Notes under the pieces: generated by a model
Seen by the model: the letters and a program-made list of their open reading frames with translations, nothing else
The model's database searches: none
What the model was told of the DNA's origin: nothing
Program-made: the position numbers and the translations under genes
NCBI GenBank assembly: GCA_964547375.1
Contig: CAZJMW010000002.1
Location: 1 to 44,445 of the forward strand
DNA: 44,445 nt
Reading direction: 5' to 3'
From: an uncultured Dehalococcoidales bacterium
Lineage (GTDB): Bacteria > Chloroflexota > Dehalococcoidia > Dehalococcoidales > UBA5627
Part shown: piece by piece, positions 26,948 to 35,197 of the stretch
Layout: each line of letters starts with the position of its first letter
How positions within the stretch are numbered: the first letter of the stretch is position 1

Positions 26948-27262
26948 ATATTATGATTAAGTGCATAGTGGATAGCATAACAAATAAAAAAGCTACCTAT
27001 TCTCTAGCAAGAACAGGTAGCAATGAACGACTATTTAATCAGATTTATAAATTCAGTAATATAGCTAAGCGTTTGCAGTATTATTACATACCACAGCCAA
27101 AAAGGTGCATTAGGTTTGGTGGGCTTAGAATGTTTACACATTCGCTATCACCCAACCTTTTTGTACTGAGCGTACTTAGTAAAAGAGTTATGCTATCCAT
27201 AATGCTTTTAATAAAAATGTCAAAGTGTCCTTTATTTAATTATATCAAAAAAAGAGAGTTAT

Positions 27263-27282
27263 TCAACTAAATGCAAATAAAA
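27263..27282. repeat. Right terminal inverted repeat of the IS
   Basis: The sequence is tcaactaaatgcaaataaaa. Its reverse complement matches 25938..25957 with one mismatch. Confidence 0.75.
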
Positions 27283-27463
27283 CCGTTTTTATAAAAAAAA
27301 TTTAGCAGGGAAACAGATTGTACAATCAATAAGGAAAATAAGATTGGAAATAATTGTTATGCAAGCCAAAGTTTCGAAAGCCTCACGCAAGACGCTTGGG
27401 GATGAAAGAGAGAAGACAGTTGATGAAGCTGAGGATGGTGAAGGGCAGCGGGTATATCGTGCC

Positions 27464-27532
27464 AATTGTAGGGACGGGCATTGCCCGTCCGCCGTTTGCG
27501 GAAATATAAATGCGGGCGACCATTGGTCGCCC
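27464..27532. repeat. Two GC-rich hairpin repeats (family D)
   Basis: ggacgggc-att-gcccgtcc (27472..27490), the same unit as 6270..6288. It is followed by gggcgac-cattg-gtcgccc (27514..27532). Confidence 0.8.
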
Positions 27533-27699
27533 CTACGTTTTTTGTTTGTCATATTGAGCGTAGCGAAATATCTGAATGCAATTCTATGTTCAACGCCGCT
27601 ATCACTGTAAAGGTGACTTCGGATTCGATCCCGACAGGTCGGGATTTCGTTCCGTACTACGGAACTCAACATCCTTCGGCACGGCTTAGCTATTATATT

Positions 27700-27734
27700 C
27701 CGCGCATCCTGAGCCTGTCGAAGGACACGAACGG
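27700..27734. repeat. Family C dispersed repeat (inverted relative to 21391..21430)
   Basis: ccgcgcatcctgagcctgtcgaaggacacgaacgg. Confidence 0.75.
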
Positions 27735-27782
27735 CTTTTTGTTATTTATATATACGGAGCGGGGTAATTAAGTGGCATTGCA

Positions 27783-27890
27783 GGGATTGCTTCGCCTTCC
27801 CTGTCGGGAATGGACTCGCAACGACGATTTTTTGTCATGCTGAATTCGTACATTAGCTACGCTAAGTATAAATGAAGGACGAATGAAGTA
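27783..27890. repeat. Composite dispersed repeat, second copy of 21210..21319
   Basis: gggattgcttcgccttccctgtcgggaatggactcgcaacgacgattttttgtcatgctgaattcgtacattagctacgctaagtataaatgaaggacgaatgaagta. Confidence 0.8.
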
Positions 27891-27917
27891 TCTGAGGTGG
27901 GGAAGCAGACAAATATA

Positions 27918-27952
27918 AAGGCTCCCCAATCTATTAACAATCAGGGAGCCTT
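27918..27952 (-). terminator. Probable intrinsic terminator of the sigma/anti-sigma operon
   Basis: A 9-bp perfect stem, aaggctccc / gggagcctt, with a 17-nt loop. On the minus strand it is followed by TATATTTGT. It lies 29 nt past the anti-sigma stop. Confidence 0.45.
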
Positions 27953-27980
27953 CGTTCGGAGATAGAGGAACCTGAAGCTA

Positions 27981-29504
27981 TTAATCAGCAGGCCTTCCGT
28001 AATATTCCCAGCCGCCGTATAACTCATCGGTAAGAAGTATAAATGCCGCTGTATTATTATCATAGAACATGCTCATCATTTCTTCTTTTGTCTCCACAGG
28101 AAAATTATCGAAACAATACTGCGGATCATTGGCGGTAAATGTACTCACCCAATAAGCTACCAGTGTATCGTTATCCATTAAGCCGGCGCTATTTTCACCG
28201 GTGATTTCTCCCGCATTTATATATACGTCTTTTCCGTTAGCGCTATTCGAATAATGAATAACATTATTCGTACGATCAAAACCAATAGTATTGCTTAATT
28301 CTTTTGTTGTAGTAGAAAGAGACCTCTCATAAGAGTCCTTAACGTAATCATGAACGGCTTGCTGTCCTTCCTCGGGCAGTGCATTGAAATAAACTATCCA
28401 ATCTGTCGAAGTGAGCATGGCCATTAGAATCTCTTCTACAACAGAAACATCATCCCAGTCCTCGTCTCCTGTTAAAGCGGCAAGGGCTTCATCTACCGGC
28501 ACAAAAACAATACTCGTCTGAAGATGGCTATCCTCGCTTGATTGTATAGGTTCAACTTCCCAACCCTCTTTCAAATTACCATCAGAATCCACCGGCATAT
28601 CCACATCTATTTCAACGTTGTAGTCATAATAACGGGTTGTGATAATATGCGTTCCATAGTCTACTTTTATCTGGCGGGTTAGATAATCATCCTCTCCAAG
28701 CCATATTTCCCATTTCATATCTATTATATCTTCATAAAGCTTCGGGATTCCGATATAATGCAGGCAATTCACGCCGTCTATAACCTCATCCTCCAGCTGC
28801 ATAAGATCATTCATAAAATCCAGAACCGCCATAGCATGCTGCTGCCCCGATTGTGTATATATATAATAAAAACCGACCTGTTGGAACAAGAAACTGTGAG
28901 CTTTATTTCTATCGGCTAGAGAATACATATCTTCCCCGATATAATAATTCTCGTAACTGCCCTCACTATAGGTGCCTACTCCGTTATAATAGGAAACCGT
29001 TCCGTAATCAATTATTACGTGCGTTATTTCATCCGACACAAACTCATATGTAAAAATTATATAAGATTCATATGTTTCCCCATCGATTATCTCATCGGCA
29101 GACCATATTATTTCCATTCGATATGTCTGTACCTTTTCCGCAGCCTCTTTTGCCATAGCGATAATCCCAAGATTGCCATTACTAGTCCACGGCTGCAAAG
29201 CAAACAGCATGGCTATGATAGCCACAACTGAAAGAGACAATACAGCCGGTTGCAGCCATTTTAGAATTGGCTTAACGGGTTGTATTCCTTTAATTCTCGA
29301 CATCGTCGTGCCTTTAATATCCTGCATAGCCGGGGTTTCTCTGAGGGATGAAATCTTTAAATTTACTCCCTTATAGTTGTTCACTGTAGCCATGCAATCC
29401 GGGCAACAGGCAAGGTGTTCTTCGATAAAATCCTTTTGTATAAGTGAAAGCTCTCCGTCCGCATAAGCCGAAAGCAATCCTTTAAAATCTTTACAATTCA
29501 TCAA
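27981..29504 (-). CDS. Anti-sigma factor (zf-HC2) with one TM helix and a ~400-aa extracytoplasmic domain of unknown fold
   Basis: The N-terminus CKDFKGLLSAYADGELSLIQKDFIEEHLACCPDC is the putative zinc-finger anti-sigma motif. The TM helix is AVLSLSVVAIIAMLFAL. The gene overlaps the sigma gene stop by 4 nt. Confidence 0.8.
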   Translation of the reverse strand: MMNCKDFKGLLSAYADGELSLIQKDFIEEHLACCPDCMATVNNYKGVNLKISSLRETPAMQDIKGTTMSRIKGIQPVKPILKWLQPAVLSLSVVAIIAMLFALQPWTSNGNLGIIAMAKEAAEKVQTYRMEIIWSADEIIDGETYESYIIFTYEFVSDEITHVIIDYGTVSYYNGVGTYSEGSYENYYIGEDMYSLADRNKAHSFLFQQVGFYYIYTQSGQQHAMAVLDFMNDLMQLEDEVIDGVNCLHYIGIPKLYEDIIDMKWEIWLGEDDYLTRQIKVDYGTHIITTRYYDYNVEIDVDMPVDSDGNLKEGWEVEPIQSSEDSHLQTSIVFVPVDEALAALTGDEDWDDVSVVEEILMAMLTSTDWIVYFNALPEEGQQAVHDYVKDSYERSLSTTTKELSNTIGFDRTNNVIHYSNSANGKDVYINAGEITGENSAGLMDNDTLVAYWVSTFTANDPQYCFDNFPVETKEEMMSMFYDNNTAAFILLTDELYGGWEYYGRPAD

Positions 29505-30034
29505 ACCCCACCTCCCTTATAAAATTTCCGGAATGTTTCTTTTCCTCTTGTAACACGCATCCGTACGGCATCTTCCGAAATCCCCAGTGTTTTGGCTATC
29601 TCTTTATATTTAAAACCTTCAACCAGATGCAGAATCAAGCAAGTCCTTTGTTCTTCGGGAACTTTAATCAGTGCTTCCTGTATCTCCATCCTGTCATTTA
29701 TACAATTATCTCGAATTGCACCTGATTGGTTATCCGCTTCTGTGCTATCTTCAAAAGAAATAAAGGAAATGAGCTTCTTCCGGCGGCGGTTTTGCCAGGC
29801 ATTGTTGGTGGCGATGCGGTAAAGCCATGCCTTGAATGAGATGTCCTCTTTTGCCTTCAGGATTCCCTTATAGGCCTGAACGAAGGTATCCTGTGCCAAA
29901 TCCCTTGCCAGTTCATAGTCGCCGGTTAGGCGGTAGAGGTATCTTTGAATAGGTATCTGGTATTTTTCGATAATATCGGCGAAGGCATCTGTATTACCCG
30001 CTTGTACCCGAGCTATAACCGCAACTTCATCCAA
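29501..30034 (-). CDS. ECF-type RNA polymerase sigma-70 family factor
   Basis: Region 2 is FADIIEKYQIPIQRYLYRLTGDYELARDLAQDTFVQAY and the region 4 HTH is FKYKEIAKTLGISEDAVRMRVTRG. I prefer the TTG at 30034 (AAGGAAAG RBS 6 nt upstream); the track's ORF extends to a TTG at 30112 that has no RBS. Confidence 0.82.
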   Translation of the reverse strand: MDEVAVIARVQAGNTDAFADIIEKYQIPIQRYLYRLTGDYELARDLAQDTFVQAYKGILKAKEDISFKAWLYRIATNNAWQNRRRKKLISFISFEDSTEADNQSGAIRDNCINDRMEIQEALIKVPEEQRTCLILHLVEGFKYKEIAKTLGISEDAVRMRVTRGKETFRKFYKGGGV

Positions 30035-30196
30035 AATAAACTTTCCTTCAAGACCGTTCTCTTCATTCCCTCTATATATTAAGATGCTTGAGAATGGCAA
30101 AACCGAACACAATTATTAGCAACATCTTATATGAGCGATAATCAAGATGCAATAATTTGTGATATAAAAATAAAAAAGTTATATAATATTCTTATT

Positions 30197-31285
30197 ATGA
30201 ACGACAATACTCAATATTCTCTGTCTCAACTAGGCTGGGACGCATTTTTCGAAGAACAATTCAAACAGGTAAAAATCCCCGGCTCGGTTCCGGCCAGAAT
30301 CGCCTCGGAATCGCGCGAGTTATACAAGGTTTACTGTGAGCTTGGGGAACTGGCGGCGAAAATATCAGGTAAAATGCGTTACCTGGCAGGGGAGGAGGGG
30401 CAGTTGCCTGCTGTGGGCGACTGGGTGGTGATCGTTCCTCAATTAAACGAAAAAACTGCCATTATTCATGCCATGATACCGCGCAAGAGTAAATTTTCTC
30501 GCAAAGTCACCGGAGAACTTACCAAAGAACAGGTGGTGGCCGCTAATGTGGATACCGTCTTTATCGTCAGCGGATTAGACGGCGGCAGAAACCTCAACCT
30601 GCGTCGCATCGAGAGATATCTAACGCTGGCATGGAACAGCGGTGCGTCTCCTGTTATCGTTCTCAATAAAACCGACCTGTGCCCGGATTTAGCTATAAGC
30701 ATCGAGAGTGTCGAGACCGTTGCCATGGGTGTGCCTGTACATGCTTTAAGCGCGAGGGAACGGTCTGGATTGAATGGGTTAAGCTCTTACCTTGAAAACG
30801 GCAAAACCGCCGCTTTCCTGGGGTCGTCGGGGGTGGGAAAGTCTTCGATTATCAATGCACTTATCGGCGATGAGATACAGGACACCGGAGATGTGCGCGA
30901 CGATGACAAGATGGGCAGGCATACAACCACGAAAAGAGAACTGATTTTGCTTCCATCGGGCGGGATGGTTATCGATACTCCGGGGATGCGCGAAATCCAG
31001 ATGTGGGCCGGCGAAGACGACCTCGAAGGGGCTTTCCCCGATATCGTGACCCTGGCCGAGAGGTGTTATTACAACGATTGCGCTCATGACGGTGAACCCG
31101 GCTGTGCTGTCAGGGATGCCATAGAATCGGGCGACTTGGAACAGGAACGTTTCGAGAGCTTTAAGAAACTGCAAAACGAACTGGTCTACCTGGCAGCCCG
31201 CGAGGATAACAGCGTGCGGCGCATGGAAAAAGAGAAGTGGAAGAACCTGTTCGCCAAGGAGGCGAAGAGGAAAGCCGGGGGGTAG
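30197..31285 (+). CDS. rsgA: Ribosome small subunit-dependent GTPase A
   Basis: The circularly permuted GTPase motifs are VLNKTDL and GSSGVGKSSIINAL, and the C-terminal zinc knuckle is CYYNDCAHDGEPGCAV. I prefer the ATG at 30197 (MNDNTQYSLSQLGW); the track's ORF starts at 30131. Confidence 0.9.
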   Translation: MNDNTQYSLSQLGWDAFFEEQFKQVKIPGSVPARIASESRELYKVYCELGELAAKISGKMRYLAGEEGQLPAVGDWVVIVPQLNEKTAIIHAMIPRKSKFSRKVTGELTKEQVVAANVDTVFIVSGLDGGRNLNLRRIERYLTLAWNSGASPVIVLNKTDLCPDLAISIESVETVAMGVPVHALSARERSGLNGLSSYLENGKTAAFLGSSGVGKSSIINALIGDEIQDTGDVRDDDKMGRHTTTKRELILLPSGGMVIDTPGMREIQMWAGEDDLEGAFPDIVTLAERCYYNDCAHDGEPGCAVRDAIESGDLEQERFESFKKLQNELVYLAAREDNSVRRMEKEKWKNLFAKEAKRKAGG

Positions 31286-31300
31286 TCTTCTTATATTAAA

Positions 31301-31329
31301 TTGACATTCATAATCTGAAGATATAAAAT
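31301..31329 (+). promoter_or_regulatory. Sigma-70-like promoter of higBA (TTGACA-17 nt-TAAAAT)
   Basis: The -35 TTGACA is at 31301..31306 and the -10 TAAAAT at 31324..31329, about 20 nt upstream of the higB GTG. Confidence 0.45.
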
Positions 31330-31350
31330 AATAGCCTATGGGGTGTAAGG

Positions 31351-31647
31351 GTGGAATTGGAGTTTTCGTCAAATCGTCTGTCTGATGCAAGTACAAGTCT
31401 TTCCGTAGCCAGTCGGGTTTTTGGTATTCCGGTTGGGCGGAAATATATTCAAAGATTGGCGATTTTAAAGGCAATAGACAAATTTTCACAATTATACGGG
31501 CATCAGTCTTTACGGTTACATCAGTTAAAAGGAAATAGAGATGGACAATATGCAATTACACTTACCGGAAATTTTCGTCTTATTCTTGAAAAGGTCAAGG
31601 AAGATAAAGTACGTATTTTAGAGGTGGAGGATTACCATGGCGACTAA
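31351..31647 (+). CDS. higB: Type II toxin, HigB / plasmid-maintenance-killer (RelE/ParE superfamily)
   Basis: LHQLKGNRDGQYAITLTGNFRLILEKV..DKVRILEVEDYH is the conserved HigB C-terminal core. The start is GTG, and the gene overlaps higA by 11 nt. Confidence 0.8.
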   Translation: MELEFSSNRLSDASTSLSVASRVFGIPVGRKYIQRLAILKAIDKFSQLYGHQSLRLHQLKGNRDGQYAITLTGNFRLILEKVKEDKVRILEVEDYHGD

Positions 31648-31924
31648 AATTGAAACTTATCCCGATATTGCAATTCCTCCGGGGGAATACCTTTCGGAGG
31701 AAATAGAGTCCAGGGGTTTATCTCAGAAAGAACTGGCGAAGCGTATGGGAAGGCCGTTGAATGCCATAAACGAGATTATCAACGGTAAAAAAACTATTAC
31801 TGCCGAAACGTCTCTGCAACTTGAAGAAGTGATGCCTGAAATACCGGCAAAATTTTGGATGAATCTCGAAGCTGATTATCAGCTTACAAAAGCATATATA
31901 AACAGGCAGTCAAAAATTAAATAA
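31637..31924 (+). CDS. higA: Type II antitoxin HigA (XRE-family HTH)
   Basis: PPGEYLSEEIESRGLSQKELAKRMGRPLNAINEIINGKKTITAETSLQLEEV is the typical HigA HTH. Confidence 0.85.
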   Translation: MATKIETYPDIAIPPGEYLSEEIESRGLSQKELAKRMGRPLNAINEIINGKKTITAETSLQLEEVMPEIPAKFWMNLEADYQLTKAYINRQSKIK

Positions 31925-31966
31925 TTTCTTGTTATCGTATATGGTCAGGACGCAAGAGGAAATAAT

Positions 31967-33028
31967 ATGACTATAGAAGTAAATAAAACAGCCAAAAGCA
32001 GGCTTAACAGCACCAGTCTGCAAAACCTCGGATTCGGAGAAGTATTTAGCGACCACATGTTCATTATGGATTACAGCGATGGCAAATGGCATTCGGCGCG
32101 CATCGTTCCTTTTGCGGATATCCCGTTGTCTCCGGCTTTGTCATCCTTGCATTACGGGCAGATAGTATTCGAGGGATTGAAGGCATTCCCTGATAAAAAG
32201 GGCGGCATCAATATCTTCAGGCCGCAGAAATACCACGAAAGGATGAATAAATCTTGCCGCCGCCTGTGCATCCCTGAAGTGGATTATAATATTTTTATTA
32301 AAGCCCTCCGTGAGTTGGTCACGCTGGATAAAAACTGGATACCCGATAAGAAAGGCGAATCCTTATACATCCGCCCGTTTATCTTTGCCACCGAGAATTT
32401 CCTGGGGGTACGGATTTCTAAAACCTATCGCATGATGATAATCCTTTCGCCGGTAGGGGCTTATTATAAAGAGGGATTGAACCCGGTGAAGCTGGTTACC
32501 TCGGGCGAATATGTGCGCGCCGTAAAGGGCGGTTTGGGTATGGCCAAGACTCCGGCCAATTATGCCGCTTCGCTTTTGCCTGCCGAGGAGGCCAAGCATG
32601 AGGGTTTTTCACAGGTTTTGTGGCTGGACGGAATCGAGCACAAATATATCGAGGAAGTCGGTTCCATGAACATCTGCTTCGTTATCGGCGATGAGGTAGT
32701 GGCTCCGGCTTTAAACGGTACCATCCTTGACGGCGTTACCCGCGACAGCGCGCTGCACCTGGCGCGTGACTGGGGAATAAAGGTTACTGAGCGTAAAATC
32801 TCTATCGATGAAATCCTCGATTGCTCAAAACAGGGTACTTTAAAAGAGGTCTTCGGAACCGGCACTGCCGCAGTTATTTCTCCTGTTGGTAAAATAAAGC
32901 ACGGAAAGTCCGAAATTGTTGTAAACAATGGGAAAATAGGGCAGCTTTCTCAAAAATTGTATGATGAATTAACAGGCATACAATACGGAGAGAAGCCCGA
33001 CAAGTTTGGCTGGTGCGTTCGAATATAA
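31967..33028 (+). CDS. ilvE: Branched-chain-amino-acid aminotransferase
   Basis: 353 aa of PLP fold type IV: SSLHYGQIVFEGLKAF, YIRPFIF, GLGMAKTPANY, EEVGSMNICFV, TGTAAVISPVG. Confidence 0.92.
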   Translation: MTIEVNKTAKSRLNSTSLQNLGFGEVFSDHMFIMDYSDGKWHSARIVPFADIPLSPALSSLHYGQIVFEGLKAFPDKKGGINIFRPQKYHERMNKSCRRLCIPEVDYNIFIKALRELVTLDKNWIPDKKGESLYIRPFIFATENFLGVRISKTYRMMIILSPVGAYYKEGLNPVKLVTSGEYVRAVKGGLGMAKTPANYAASLLPAEEAKHEGFSQVLWLDGIEHKYIEEVGSMNICFVIGDEVVAPALNGTILDGVTRDSALHLARDWGIKVTERKISIDEILDCSKQGTLKEVFGTGTAAVISPVGKIKHGKSEIVVNNGKIGQLSQKLYDELTGIQYGEKPDKFGWCVRI

Positions 33029-33041
33029 GCGAGTTTAATGT

Positions 33042-33638
33042 ATGAAAGTATCTGTTATCCTGGCGCATCCCGATGTTAACAGTTTTAACTATGCCGTTGC
33101 TGATGCGGCAGTAAAAACTTTACATAATAATGGTCATTCCGTCTTTTTTCATGACCTGTACCGGGAGAACTTTCCGGCAATTATCCCTGCCTCCGAGATT
33201 CGCCGGGGGGCGGTGCTGCCTCAAATCATCAAAACCCACTGCGATGAGATTGCAGAGGCGGACGGCATCGTAATCGTTCATCCCAACTGGTGGGGGCAGC
33301 CGCCTGCCATATTAAAGGGCTGGGTCGATAGGGTGCTACGTCCGGGAGTGGCTTATGAATTTTTGGAAGGGGATAGAGGGGAAGGAGTTCCCAATGGTTT
33401 ACTGAAAGCTCGCTCGGCTGTCGTTTTCAACACATCCAACACTCCTCCGGCAAGGGAAAGGGATGTATTCGGAGACCCGCTCGAAACGTTGTGGGAAAAC
33501 TGTATCTTCCGCTTGTGCGGCGTCGATAATTGCTACCGCAGGAATTTCGAAGTCATCGTAACCAGTACATTGGAACAACGTCAAAAATGGCTGCAAGAAG
33601 TCGGGGAGACCGTTGAAAAATATTTCCCCGAAATATAG
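33042..33638 (+). CDS. NAD(P)H-dependent oxidoreductase, flavodoxin-like fold (NQO/MdaB type)
   Basis: MKVSVILAHPDVNSFNYAV and IVIVHPNWWGQPPAILKGWVDRV are typical of the Flavodoxin_2 family. Confidence 0.8.
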   Translation: MKVSVILAHPDVNSFNYAVADAAVKTLHNNGHSVFFHDLYRENFPAIIPASEIRRGAVLPQIIKTHCDEIAEADGIVIVHPNWWGQPPAILKGWVDRVLRPGVAYEFLEGDRGEGVPNGLLKARSAVVFNTSNTPPARERDVFGDPLETLWENCIFRLCGVDNCYRRNFEVIVTSTLEQRQKWLQEVGETVEKYFPEI

Positions 33639-33776
33639 CCCGGAATATCCTGCTATCACCAAAGGCAAATGTATTTTAATCTTTTTAAAGCGCTACCCAC
33701 ATTTGACCGATACGACATAAGACTGTTAAACTTATACATCGCCTCTTTTTCTATATTATTTTTCGGAGCTGCCTGA

Positions 33777-34463
33777 ATGATTTCAGAACTTAAAAATGCT
33801 GTTATTGAAGCAATTACCTCCATTTTACCTTTGGTAATAGTCATAATAATACTGCAATTCACCGTTCTGCATGCTCCAATGGAACTTTTTTGGAACTTTT
33901 TAATCGGGGCTGCAATGGCAATGGTAGGAGTCACACTCTTTCTCGCCGGTGTCAGAATAGGTATATTGCCTATGGGGCGTGATGTCGGCGCTGAATTACC
34001 GCAGCATGAATCCGTGTTGCTGGTAATCGTATCGGCTGTTATATTCGCTTTTGTAGTTACCGTTACAGAACCGGGTGTAATGGTATTGAATGAGCTGTTC
34101 GTTCAGCTGGGCGGAGATGGTAGTACCGTCATGGTATTTGTAGTTGCTATTGGCATGGCGCTTCTTTTCACGGCAGCTCTCGTGCGTATCGTTTTTGGTT
34201 TCCCTATCAGGTATCTCTTGATGGCTGTCTATGGTATTGCCGTTATACTGGCTTTATTTGCGCCCCCTGAATACGTAGCGCTGGCTTTTGATTCAGGTTC
34301 CGCTGCTGCCGGGTCGTTTACTGTTCCGATGATGCTCGCCCTGGGATTGGGTTTTGTTTCGGTACTTGCGCGTAGGTCTCCCCTATCAGATGGCTTCGGG
34401 CTGGTCGGATTGGCATGTGCCGGCCCGATCATCGGCATCCTTTGTTGGGGGGTGTTCTTTTGA
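33777..34463 (+). CDS. DUF1538 family integral membrane protein (subunit 1)
   Basis: It is a polytopic membrane protein. FLAGVRIGILPMG, VTEPGVMVL and LAFDSGSAAAGSFTVPMMLALGLG match the DUF1538 signature as I recall it (AFDSGGvtTGpmTVPf). Confidence 0.78.
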   Translation: MISELKNAVIEAITSILPLVIVIIILQFTVLHAPMELFWNFLIGAAMAMVGVTLFLAGVRIGILPMGRDVGAELPQHESVLLVIVSAVIFAFVVTVTEPGVMVLNELFVQLGGDGSTVMVFVVAIGMALLFTAALVRIVFGFPIRYLLMAVYGIAVILALFAPPEYVALAFDSGSAAAGSFTVPMMLALGLGFVSVLARRSPLSDGFGLVGLACAGPIIGILCWGVFF

Positions 34464-35197
34464 CGATATCCCCATTTGAAGGTTTGTTGGGTGTCTTCGG
34501 TGATGTAGCATTACCGGTAGTATTACTGGTATTGTTTTTCATGGTATTCCAAGTCATGTTTCTTAAAAGGCCTTTCAAGCAGGTATCCATTCTGTTAAGG
34601 GGCGTTTTACTGGCATATATCGGCTTGGTGTTGTTTTTACAGGGTATCAATGTCGCCTTTCTTCCGATGGGAAATGAAATCGGCGAATCGTTTGGCTATT
34701 ATGTTGATTATTGGGTACTGATTCCAATCGGCTTCCTGTTCGGTTTACTGGTAACTATGGCTGAACCTCAGGTAAAAGTATTGTGCCAGCAGATAGAAAA
34801 AACCTCCAGCGGTTATATTAGCGCACGCATAATGCGGTACACACTTTGTATCGGTGTGGGAATGTTTGCAGCACTTGCTATGACGCGAACTGTTTTCAGT
34901 ATTCCCTTACTATATATTCTGGTGCCCGGATACATTATTGCCTTTTTACTGCTCTTTTTTTCCGATAAAGATTTTGTGGCAATTGCTTTTGATTCGGGTA
35001 GTATAGCAACCGGGCCTCTGACTGTTGCATTTATCGTATCTATAGCTACCGGAGCAGCTGCGGTAATCGAAGGAAGTAATCCCCTAGTTGACGGATTTGG
35101 AACTATTGGTATAATAACATTGGCGCCAATTATTTCAATACAGGTAATCAGTTTACTATATCGTATTAAACCCCCGCAAGGAGATGAAAAAAAATGA
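34460..35197 (+). CDS. DUF1538 family integral membrane protein (subunit 2, paralogue of the preceding gene)
   Basis: FLQGINVAFLPMG, MAEPQVKVL and IAFDSGSIATGPLTVAFIVSIATG. I prefer the TTG at 34460, which overlaps the upstream stop as TTGA, follows a GGGGGG tract 7 nt upstream, and gives an N-terminus colinear with subunit 1. The track's ATG at 34415 is the alternative. Confidence 0.75.
   Translation: MTISPFEGLLGVFGDVALPVVLLVLFFMVFQVMFLKRPFKQVSILLRGVLLAYIGLVLFLQGINVAFLPMGNEIGESFGYYVDYWVLIPIGFLFGLLVTMAEPQVKVLCQQIEKTSSGYISARIMRYTLCIGVGMFAALAMTRTVFSIPLLYILVPGYIIAFLLLFFSDKDFVAIAFDSGSIATGPLTVAFIVSIATGAAAVIEGSNPLVDGFGTIGIITLAPIISIQVISLLYRIKPPQGDEKK

Larger units (their letters stand above)
25936..27284 (+). 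mobile_element. Intact IS6-family-like insertion sequence (1349 bp) with terminal inverted repeats and an 8-bp target-site duplication
   Basis: IRL at 25938..25957 (ttttatttgcaattagttga) matches the reverse complement of IRR at 27263..27282 at 19 of 20 positions. Two further nt at each end (CT / reverse-complement GG) are then flanked by exact direct repeats GTTTTTAT at 25928..25935 and 27285..27292. The interior is strongly AT-rich compared with the flanks. Confidence 0.78.

Noticed and set aside
26953-27270. 105-aa ORF inside the IS, downstream of the transposase
   Set aside because: I did not call it as a CDS. Its composition is odd and it has no recognisable domain. Its stop lies inside the right terminal inverted repeat. 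The region is discussed as a finding instead.
27289-27771. Three overlapping ORFs (127 aa minus strand; 88 aa and 96 aa plus strand) between the IS and the anti-sigma gene
   Set aside because: The whole interval is a mosaic of family A/B/C/D repeats. The peptides (for example ...GRALPVRRLRKYKCGRPLVAPT..., ...RILSLSKDTNG...) are the typical read-through translations of such repeats, and the mutually overlapping frames cannot all be real.
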